Of a stretch of 19,221 nucleotides of DNA, positions 7,900 through 15,352 are shown piece by piece. The number at the start of each line of letters is the position of its first letter. Position 1 is the first letter of the stretch. The position numbers and the translations under genes are program-made. Source of the DNA: an uncultured archaeon (GTDB lineage: Archaea; Asgardarchaeota; Lokiarchaeia; Sigyniarchaeales; Promethearchaeaceae). The DNA is taken from positions 1 to 19,221 of the forward strand of contig CAYRPF010000067.1 in assembly GCA_964426185.1 (NCBI GenBank), in the 5' to 3' direction. The notes under the pieces were generated by a model. The model had not been told where the DNA came from and made no database searches. It saw only the letters and a list, made by a program, of their open reading frames with translations.

Positions 7900-8433
7900 C
7901 TAAATTGTATTTCTATCAATCATAAGTTCAGAAATATTAGTAAAAGATTGAGCCACATTCAGTCCAGTTTTGGATGAAACTTGAATATATCCCGCCAATT
8001 TATGTCTTTCAACGAAAGCATCAATATCTTCTCGAGCTACTGAAAATGGATGCCCTTCATCAATCAAATCATGTTTTGAAGATAAAAGTAAAATGGGAAT
8101 ATTTTTAGTGTTTGACCGCACGATTTCAATCCACTCATCTAATTCGTGGAAAGTTACAGGTCGTAAAGGATCAAAAAGCATCAAACACCCGCTGGCACCA
8201 AGACAAAAACTAGGGAGCAACGATCTAAACCTCTCTTCACCCCCGAAATCCCAGATCTGCAAGGTTACATTTTGTCCTTTTTCTGTTTTACATTGGGTTA
8301 CGCTAAAGTCAACACCGATAGTCATTTTTGTGCTACCACTGAAAAGCCCCGTTGTATAACGCCTTAGGAGAGTAGTTTTTCCAGAACCGCCCGATCCGGC
8401 AATGATTAATTTAAAGAGATAGTTACCCGTCAT
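7900..8433 (-). CDS. Rab-like Ras-superfamily small GTPase (eukaryotic signature protein type)
   Basis: YLFKLII, G1 GSGGSGKT, TIGVDF, LQIWDFGGEERFRSL, G4 SKHD, G5 SSK; no C-terminal Cys motif. ATG 8433 preferred over TTG 8454. Confidence 0.9.
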   Translation of the reverse strand: MTGNYLFKLIIAGSGGSGKTTLLRRYTTGLFSGSTKMTIGVDFSVTQCKTEKGQNVTLQIWDFGGEERFRSLLPSFCLGASGCLMLFDPLRPVTFHELDEWIEIVRSNTKNIPILLLSSKHDLIDEGHPFSVAREDIDAFVERHKLAGYIQVSSKTGLNVAQSFTNISELMIDRNTI

Positions 8434-8614
8434 TTTTTTCCCCAAAGTTTTCAATATTTATGTGGTGGACTAATATGATTATTTGTTGTTTTTATGTTAA
8501 ATTTCTTATGCTTTAGGATTTTCGATGGAATATTAAATTAACTTTTGCCTTCAGCTTTTGCAAGGCAATGCATCAAATTATTTTTTAAAGTTATACGATA
8601 CATTCGTTCTAAGC

Positions 8615-8965
8615 CTAAGCACAATCTTTGAAATCCCTCCCCATTAGTCGGAAAAGTTCTGCTCGCTTCCAAACACGCCCAATGGGATTGTGGAAATTAC
8701 ATATAACGCACATCTTAATAGATTTAGAGATAGTAGCGGCTTCAATGGCTTCAAAATCCATAGTATAATAATTTTCTTCACATTTCAAAGAGATAGTGAT
8801 AAGTTGACGCCTATTATCAGTTACTGAGTTGTCAAACAAGTTGAAGACTGCATCATAATAAGGTGGTGGAATTAAAGTATAGCCATAAATCCCGTGTTTG
8901 GCTCGATTTTGAACTGCTTGTTGAATTGGAGCAGCTTGTTGAATTGGAGCGGGACATTCGAAAAA
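8615..8965 (-). pseudogene. Decayed PatB/MalY-type PLP-dependent C-S lyase/aminotransferase remnant
   Basis: F.CPAPIQQAVQNRAKHGIYGYT and Y.MDFEAIE..CNFHNPIGRVWKRAEL match the PatB/MalY N-terminal half. The WVADM start, the GVV..GD..PVY segment and the PLP-lysine half are absent. Boundaries approximate. Confidence 0.75.
8916..8950. repeat. 17-bp direct repeat with an 18-bp period (GCTTGTTGAATTGGAGC x2)
   Basis: Exact copies at 8916-8932 and 8934-8950, giving APIQQA-APIQQA in the remnant. Confidence 0.9.
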
Positions 8966-8994
8966 TTGAAATGTTTTGGAGAGTAAATTCTTAT

Positions 8995-10470
8995 ATGGGA
9001 ATTCAACAAAAATCATATGCTTTCAGACAGAAAGTGTCCGCCGATAAAGGGTGGGTATTAACTTTTGATGATGTTATTTGTTTACCTGGATATACTGATT
9101 TTCTCCCTCATGAATGTGATATTGCAACAAATTTAGGCCCTTTTCATTTTGAAAGCCCGATTATCACGGCAGCTATGGATACAGTTACAGAGACACAAAT
9201 GGCAATTGCAATCGCGCGAGAAGGTGGTTTAGGTGTTTTACATAGAAACTGCAGCTATGATCGCCAACTTGAGATGGTAAAGAAGGTTAAGCGGGCACGC
9301 AGTTTTATTATCGAAGATGTAGCCACTGTTTCACCTGATATGACAATTCGTGAAGTTATGCAAAAAATGAAAGAAAAGGGCATCAGCGGTTTCCCAGTTA
9401 TTGATGCCAAAAAAAAGGTGATAGGAATCATCACTTCCCGCGATATTCCTTTTGATCCCGATTTTGAAGGAACCGTAGATCAAGTTATGACAAGAAATCC
9501 AGTATGCTTGCCCGCTACAGTTTCCCGTGAAGAAGGTTTGAACAAATTATACGAAATCCGAAAGGAAAAAATTCCATTGGTGGATGACGATGGCATTTTA
9601 GTAGGTTTAATTACCAAAAAAGACTTGAAACCAACCTATCCTTACAGTTCAAACGATGATAAAGGACGATTGCTTGTAGGATTAGGATGCAGCCCTTTTC
9701 TCCCAAAAAACCAAGATGATTTGGAAACCTTGAAGCAAGCTGCAGCATTAGCAGATATAATGATGACTGATGTGGCAGAATTTTATAAAAAGGCAGATAT
9801 GGTGGCAGCAAAGGAATTAATGAACACTTTAGACTCCAAATTTGTCCTTGGAAATATAGGAACCTATGAGGCTGCCGAAGCCATACTTACATATGATTAT
9901 CCTGAAGATAAATTTATTGGAATTAAAGTGGGAATGGGCTCGGGTTCAATTTGCACCACTTCTATTCAAACTGGCGTCGGAGCACCGACTTTATTTGCAA
10001 CTTCTGAGGTAAAAGATGCTATTATGGATTACAATCCTAAAATGGGATTAATAGCAGATGGTGGATTCAAATATCCCGGTGATCTTGTCAAAGCCTTCGC
10101 AGTAGGAGCAGATATGATAATGTCGGGGCACTTCTTTGCTGGGTGTACCGAATCTCCTGGTTATATTGATACTGTTAAGGGTCGTAAAGTCAAAGTTTAT
10201 CGAGGTATGGGAAGCGCCGAAGCCCGTGCAGTTGGATCCTACGCTGATGACAGATATATCAAAGAATCCAAAAAACTCGCTGAAGGTGTTTCTGGCTATG
10301 TAAGTTTCTTAGGACCGTTAAAAGGGGTATTAGACCAACTTCATGATGGTTTGAAAAATGGTTTAATCTATGGTGGAGTAAAATCCATTAAAGATGCTCC
10401 AAAAATTCGTATGGCCCGTATTACGACTTCTGGGGCAACAGAAGCCCATCCACATGATTTAATTAGCTAA
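8995..10470 (+). CDS. guaB: Inosine-5'-monophosphate dehydrogenase with CBS pair
   Basis: LTFDDV, AAMDTVTE, GGLGVLHRN, CBS domains, catalytic GSGSICTT, IADGG, YRGMGS, flap RY dyad, AEGV. Start moved from 8863 to ATG 8995 because the upstream part is antisense to the PatB remnant and GGAG lies just upstream. Confidence 0.93.
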   Translation: MGIQQKSYAFRQKVSADKGWVLTFDDVICLPGYTDFLPHECDIATNLGPFHFESPIITAAMDTVTETQMAIAIAREGGLGVLHRNCSYDRQLEMVKKVKRARSFIIEDVATVSPDMTIREVMQKMKEKGISGFPVIDAKKKVIGIITSRDIPFDPDFEGTVDQVMTRNPVCLPATVSREEGLNKLYEIRKEKIPLVDDDGILVGLITKKDLKPTYPYSSNDDKGRLLVGLGCSPFLPKNQDDLETLKQAAALADIMMTDVAEFYKKADMVAAKELMNTLDSKFVLGNIGTYEAAEAILTYDYPEDKFIGIKVGMGSGSICTTSIQTGVGAPTLFATSEVKDAIMDYNPKMGLIADGGFKYPGDLVKAFAVGADMIMSGHFFAGCTESPGYIDTVKGRKVKVYRGMGSAEARAVGSYADDRYIKESKKLAEGVSGYVSFLGPLKGVLDQLHDGLKNGLIYGGVKSIKDAPKIRMARITTSGATEAHPHDLIS

Positions 10471-10562
10471 CATTTTAGTATTCGTTTTTTTTCAAATAAT
10501 TCTTTTTCCCACCATTTTACCAAATATATTTTTGGAAAGTATACTTTTCTATCACAATTATC

Positions 10563-12197
10563 ATGAAGTTAATTAAGCGAGCTTTAGTTAGTGTATATGA
10601 CAAATCGGGAATCGTCGATTTCGTTCGGCAACTAGTGGATGATTTTCACATCGAAATTCTATCAACGGGAGGAACCGCAAGAACTTTAGAAAAAGCGGGC
10701 ATTCCTTATACCAAAGTTTCTGATTTTACAAAGTCTCCTGAAATGTTTGACGGAAGAGTAAAAACATTGCATCCTCGAATTCACGGTGGATTACTCATGC
10801 GAAGAGATAATCCTAAAGATGTTGCAGATGCAGAAAAATACGGTATTTTACCCATAGATATGGTCGTTTGCAATTTATATCCATTTAAAGACGTGATCTC
10901 CAAGGCAGAAACTGATTTAAACACAGCTTTAGAAATGATTGATATTGGAGGACCTACTCAGATTCGGGCAGCAGCTAAATCATTCTGTGACGTGGTGGTA
11001 ATCTCTAATCCGACAAAGTACAATGAAATTATTAACTTAATGCATGAAAATAATGGAGATATTCCTTTAAAAACCCGATGGCAGCTGGCTCAAGAAATTT
11101 TTACCACCACTAGCCTTTATGATGCCACAATTGCCAACTATTTAGCTAAAGAAATCAGCAGTTTGGAGAACAAAGAAGTAGACTCGGATTTAAAAGATTT
11201 TCCAGATTTACTTGTAAAACTTTACCGAAAAGTTCAAAAATGTCGTTACGGCGAAAATTGGGAACAACGGGGTTATTTATATGAAGATTCAGATAAAATA
11301 TTAGGGCTTTCGGATTTAAAAAAGCTGCACGGAAAAGCCATATCTTTTAATAATTGGCTTGATATTGATTCTTGCATGCAGGTGTTATTGGATTTTAATC
11401 AAGATCACGCCGATCATCACATCTGTGCCATTTTTAAACACACAACTCCCAATGGTGTTGCAATTGATTACAATTCTCAATTGGAAGCTACAAAACATGC
11501 GTTTTCAACCGATCCCTTATCCGCGTTTGGAGGAATTTGGGGGTTTAATCATCGTCTAACTACAGAAGTCGCCCGCTATATTATTGAAGAGAAGAATGTT
11601 TTTGTAGAAGTTCTATTAGCACCTTCCTTTGAAAAAGAAGCGTTGGAGATTCTTCAAACGAAGGCAAACATGCGCATTGTTGCATTTAACGATTTTTTGG
11701 AGCATCGTAAGGATATCTATTGCCACCCAGAAATCCGCAGCGTCCTAGGCGGTGTGTTGGTGCAAGATTATGATTGGAAACCCATTGTGAAAAATTGGGA
11801 AGTGAAAACTGAGCGCCCAATTTCCCCTCGTGAAAAAGAAGCATTGATATTCGCCTATAGAGTGTCAAAATGGGCAAAATCGAATTCTGCGGTATTTGCT
11901 AAAGAGTATGAAACGGGAGTATATACACTAGGTATTGGTGCAGGGCAACAATCAAGAGTGCATGTTGTTCGGTTAGCTGCAGAAAAAGCCCGTGAATTTG
12001 GACATAATCTTCATGACAGTGTGATGGGCACAGATAGTTTCTTTCCATTTCCTGATGGTTTGGAAGAGACGGTAAAAGCAGGCGCTAAAGCGATTCTTAA
12101 CCCTGGGGGCTCAATTCGTGATGATGCAGTAGTCCAAAAAGCCAATGAATTGAATATTTCCTTGGTTTTCTGCGGTAAACGAGTATTTCGCCATTAA
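10563..12197 (+). CDS. purH: Bifunctional AICAR formyltransferase / IMP cyclohydrolase
   Basis: ALVSVYDKSG, STGGTA, GRVKTLHP, NLYPF, IDIGGP...RAAAK, RYGEN, KH, SAFGG, KSN, GAGQQSRV, FFPF, PGGSIRD, C-terminal FRH. Confidence 0.96.
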   Translation: MKLIKRALVSVYDKSGIVDFVRQLVDDFHIEILSTGGTARTLEKAGIPYTKVSDFTKSPEMFDGRVKTLHPRIHGGLLMRRDNPKDVADAEKYGILPIDMVVCNLYPFKDVISKAETDLNTALEMIDIGGPTQIRAAAKSFCDVVVISNPTKYNEIINLMHENNGDIPLKTRWQLAQEIFTTTSLYDATIANYLAKEISSLENKEVDSDLKDFPDLLVKLYRKVQKCRYGENWEQRGYLYEDSDKILGLSDLKKLHGKAISFNNWLDIDSCMQVLLDFNQDHADHHICAIFKHTTPNGVAIDYNSQLEATKHAFSTDPLSAFGGIWGFNHRLTTEVARYIIEEKNVFVEVLLAPSFEKEALEILQTKANMRIVAFNDFLEHRKDIYCHPEIRSVLGGVLVQDYDWKPIVKNWEVKTERPISPREKEALIFAYRVSKWAKSNSAVFAKEYETGVYTLGIGAGQQSRVHVVRLAAEKAREFGHNLHDSVMGTDSFFPFPDGLEETVKAGAKAILNPGGSIRDDAVVQKANELNISLVFCGKRVFRH

Positions 12198-12222
12198 TCT
12201 TCTCAAAAAATTAAGAAAAAAA

Positions 12223-12507
12223 TTAATTTATGATTTTTTCGATTTCTTCCATTTTTTCTAAGACTTTTTTACCCTTATCTGTTAAGAAAATTACTTTTTC
12301 GTTGTTTTCATTCAATTTAAATTTGATTAATTCTGTATCGAGCAATTGCTTTTTCACACGCAAGTATGCATTGTAATAACTTTCCGATTTTTCGAATTTT
12401 TCGAAAAATTTAGATTGAACTGCTTCGCATTTATCAAAACTACCGAGTACCTTAAGTGTCTCGGCAAAACCACGTCGTTTCATCAAAGTATATAATCGGC
12501 TTGCCAT
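12223..12507 (-). CDS. Small winged helix-turn-helix protein, putative DNA-binding
   Basis: 94 aa; helices followed by LI...KVIFLTDKGKKV wing/terminal helix as in MarR/PadR-like wHTH proteins; AGGA upstream of the ATG. Confidence 0.65.
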   Translation of the reverse strand: MASRLYTLMKRRGFAETLKVLGSFDKCEAVQSKFFEKFEKSESYYNAYLRVKKQLLDTELIKFKLNENNEKVIFLTDKGKKVLEKMEEIEKIIN

Positions 12508-12631
12508 AATTACAGTCCTTCTTTAATTGGTAAGGGAAAAAAAATGTGAGAACATCCGTCTTTCTATATTCGAAATCGGCTGACTCCCATCTTTTCTCTG
12601 AATAAATAACGGATTTTTATTTTAATAAATT

Positions 12632-12647
12632 TTGACACAATTGTCAA
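12632..12647. promoter_or_regulatory. Palindrome TTGACA-CAAT-TGTCAA, candidate operator
   Basis: Perfect 6-bp arms with a 4-bp spacer, next to an AT-rich TATA-like tract in the divergent wHTH / 5-FCL gap. Confidence 0.35.
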
Positions 12648-12744
12648 TATTGGTATCGCCAGTACAAAATTTAGAGAAAAAATCGTTTTTAAAAAGACAT
12701 TAATGGTGAGGTAAGTATTTTTTTAATAGATAATTTAACTTTTT

Positions 12745-13329
12745 ATGGTAACACAATTTAATCCTACCCAATTACGGAAAGAAATATTATCTAAACGCAA
12801 AAATATCTCTACAAAAAAACGTTCAGATGCATTTTCTAGCATACTTAGAACTTTCTTTGAATTACCTGAATATCAAAATGCAAAATCAATTATTGCTTAT
12901 TTTGGAAAGGTTCAATCGGGGGAATTTGATACAAGAGGGCTTCTACTTAAAATTTTGAAAGATGGAAAAAACCTTTACCTCCCCCGATGTAGAGAAGGAG
13001 AGATTGCCTTAGATATATATCAGATCAGTGATATCAGTGTCGACGTGGAAGAAGGCGCTTATGGAATCATGGAACCAAAATCATTTTGCAAAAAACAAGA
13101 GAACGACTCAAGTGATTTAATACTTGTTCCAGGCTCAGTATTTGATATCCGGGGCGCTCGGTACGGATATGGCGCGGGATATTACGATAAATTTTTAGAA
13201 AATAGAACAATTTTCAAAATAGCCTTTGCTTTAGAAATGGCAGTAATGAAAACCCCGATTCCAACTCATCCACATGATATTTTTATGGATGTAATAATTA
13301 CAGAGAAAAATATTTATCGAAAATCATAA
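12745..13329 (+). CDS. 5-formyltetrahydrofolate cyclo-ligase (YgfA/MTHFS family)
   Basis: LRKEIL..R, E.DT, LYLPR, GAYGIMEP, LILVPG..FD..G.R.GYGAGYYDKFL, PHDIFMDVIITE. Confidence 0.93.
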   Translation: MVTQFNPTQLRKEILSKRKNISTKKRSDAFSSILRTFFELPEYQNAKSIIAYFGKVQSGEFDTRGLLLKILKDGKNLYLPRCREGEIALDIYQISDISVDVEEGAYGIMEPKSFCKKQENDSSDLILVPGSVFDIRGARYGYGAGYYDKFLENRTIFKIAFALEMAVMKTPIPTHPHDIFMDVIITEKNIYRKS

Positions 13330-13967
13330 CCCAAAGCGGTAGATTCGTTTATCGCAGCTTCCATTGCGGCCAATAAGTTAGGATCAGAAAGGATCATTAC
13401 AACACCTATCACAAGCAAAATTAAATACCCCAAAGAAATTATGATTGTCAAAATATTCATCCAATTTCGTGTTTCTGTGCGAATTGATTTAATAGCAGAA
13501 ACTAAAGCGAAAATTTCTAAAAATAATCCAAAAAAACTTAAAAATTGAATAAAAGTAATAAGAATACCTATGACTGCAGAAACAAGAGCTATTTTTGACC
13601 GAGAAATATTTACTCGATTATTGTACATCATTGTAAATGGACTTTGAGGCCTATCTGGAGGTGCAAATTGATCCAATGGGCTGTTATCCCTTTGAGAATA
13701 TTGAGATGAAGAAATTAAGGGAGAATTAAAAGAGGGTTCGGATGAAGGTTCAGAAGGAATATTTTGGAAAGTTCTTCTTGGAATTGTTTGAAATTTAACC
13801 GGATAATAGAGTAACTTGAAATCGGAATGCTGTCGCATCATTTTTCGTTGAGAAAAGATGCGTTTTTCATCCAAATCGTGTTGTGTTAATTGAATCGAAC
13901 ACTCACGACATAACTTTCGTTGATCCACATAATTATAATATAATCCACAACCATTACAATACGGCAT
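13314..13967 (-). CDS. Hypothetical membrane protein with N-terminal CxxC..CxxC Zn finger, Pro/Ser-rich linker and ~3 C-terminal TM helices
   Basis: CNGC and CREC at the N-terminus, PSEPSSEPS linker, hydrophobic C-terminal segments. Confidence 0.7.
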   Translation of the reverse strand: MPYCNGCGLYYNYVDQRKLCRECSIQLTQHDLDEKRIFSQRKMMRQHSDFKLLYYPVKFQTIPRRTFQNIPSEPSSEPSFNSPLISSSQYSQRDNSPLDQFAPPDRPQSPFTMMYNNRVNISRSKIALVSAVIGILITFIQFLSFFGLFLEIFALVSAIKSIRTETRNWMNILTIIISLGYLILLVIGVVMILSDPNLLAAMEAAINESTALGYDFR

Positions 13968-13994
13968 GCTTTAATCTCAATTAATTATAATACT

Positions 13995-14987
13995 TTATGG
14001 AATTAAGGATTTCTGCTTCCTTGCCCACATTTTTTGTAACCATTCAGCATCAACATCCAAAAGAGGACTTTCGTTGATAATTATGGGAGTATACTGCCGA
14101 TTTGCAATGATTTGAAATAGAGTATCCACTTTTGGTCCCCAACTGGAAATTTGATTTGGATGATGTTTAATTTCTCCCTTATTCCCATATTCAACGATGG
14201 AATAATGGATGTGTAATGACTGGGCCACTTTTGAACCAAGTTCGCTTTCGATCACATCAAATACATCAAAATAAAACTTAAAATTGGGGATTTTCCCTAA
14301 ATTGCGGGCATATAGGTGGCCAAAATCTACACAAGGTCGGGTACGATTTAATCCAACAGTTTTACAAATCTCAATTATTTCTGAAAGCGTTCCTATTTGA
14401 CCAAACTTTCCCATAGTTTCTGGACACAAGCAAATTTGCCGAAATTTTGATTTTAATTCAGGATATAATTTATCTGCTTGTTCCATTCCTGCTTTGATCC
14501 CTTCAACAATTTGATCAATCTTTGATCGATGAACAACATCGAGCTTTGAAGAATTATTTGGCATAAATTTATTTAAAGATGCCATATTCGCTTTTTTTCT
14601 GGATTTTCCATAGGAACCCGGATGTAGAACAATCCTTTTCGCATTTAAATAGGTTGCCCATGCGAAACTATGAGCCAATCGTTCAATAGATTTATTATAG
14701 ATAGCTTCATCATCGCTTGTAAGAGAGATATAATAAGGCGCATGAAAAGAAACTGAAAGATTATATTTGAGGGTATTTTGCCTGAAAAGTTGATTTTCAG
14801 CAGTATCACTAAATTTGGCCAACCTACCTGCCGGAAATTCATATGCCATTAATTTTTTATTCGTTAAATATTCAGGAATCTCACGACGCTTACCATTTCG
14901 GATTCTACCATTTAAATCTTTGATTTTAAATAGACTCTTTTGAACGCCTGTTGGACCAATCCTTAGTTGATCGTTATCAAACACCAC
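13995..14987 (-). CDS. nfo: Endonuclease IV-like TIM-barrel (archaeal-type AP endonuclease family 2)
   Basis: RIGPTG, FHAPYYISL, VLHPG, CPETMGK.GQIGT..E, CVDFGHLYAR, LHIHYS.VEYG.KGE.KH, INESP metal-ligand motifs. Confidence 0.82.
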   Translation of the reverse strand: MVFDNDQLRIGPTGVQKSLFKIKDLNGRIRNGKRREIPEYLTNKKLMAYEFPAGRLAKFSDTAENQLFRQNTLKYNLSVSFHAPYYISLTSDDEAIYNKSIERLAHSFAWATYLNAKRIVLHPGSYGKSRKKANMASLNKFMPNNSSKLDVVHRSKIDQIVEGIKAGMEQADKLYPELKSKFRQICLCPETMGKFGQIGTLSEIIEICKTVGLNRTRPCVDFGHLYARNLGKIPNFKFYFDVFDVIESELGSKVAQSLHIHYSIVEYGNKGEIKHHPNQISSWGPKVDTLFQIIANRQYTPIIINESPLLDVDAEWLQKMWARKQKSLIP

Positions 14988-15074
14988 ATTTTTTGTAAAA
15001 ACAGCTTTCCCAATAATGATTATTTATCCACTAAATTATTTTAGTTGCTTAATAAAGATTCAGAACAGAAAAAT

Positions 15075-15117
15075 GAAGAAGGGATTCATCACGGCGGAAG
15101 CGAAGAATCCCTTCTTC
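15075..15117. other. GC-rich intergenic stem-loop with a 13-bp perfect stem
   Basis: GAAGAAGGGATTC (15075-15087) pairs with GAATCCCTTCTTC (15105-15117). The interior can fold as TC/GA plus GC-GGAA-GC. Function unknown. Confidence 0.6.
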
Positions 15118-15352
15118 GGGCGGGGGAAATAAAAATTGTCTTTAAATTTTGGAGGAAAAATAATAACTTCTCCTACAGTTATCAACACCAATGAATTATT
15201 TGAACTTGTGCTCTTGAAAAATTTCCAAAGATTTTTTCAATTTTTAAGCTTTTTTTTAAAATTGAAGCGAAAATGCTAATTTTTGGACTAGAATAATTTG
15301 AAATATAAAATCATCATAAAGTACATATAACAAAGAAAAAACTGTGAAAAAT

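Noticed and set aside
8863-8994. 44-aa N-terminal extension of IMPDH in the ORF track
   Set aside because: It is antisense to the PatB remnant, contains its 18-bp duplication and has no IMPDH similarity; ATG 8995 gives a normal-length enzyme.
8995-10470. GMP reductase instead of IMPDH, given the atypical DVAEFY and MSGHFF segments
   Set aside because: The YRGMGS flap with the RY dyad and AEGV fits IMPDH, and the gene is adjacent to purH.
12551-12582. AACATCCG and AAATCGGCTG match the reverse complements of parts of the 2928-2951 palindrome
   Set aside because: The 8-10 bp matches are arranged differently and do not form the same palindrome; compatible with chance.
6592-13329. Two convergent gene overlaps of identical 16-bp length (6592-6607 and 13314-13329)
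   Set aside because: Short tail-to-tail overlaps are common in compact genomes and the two overlap sequences are not notably similar.
15071-15120. Hairpin as a eukaryote-like (lokiarchaeal) SECIS, since ATGA precedes the stem
   Set aside because: The 3' side lacks the GA needed for the tandem G-A quartet, it is not in a 3' UTR, and no in-frame TGA selenoprotein candidate was seen nearby.
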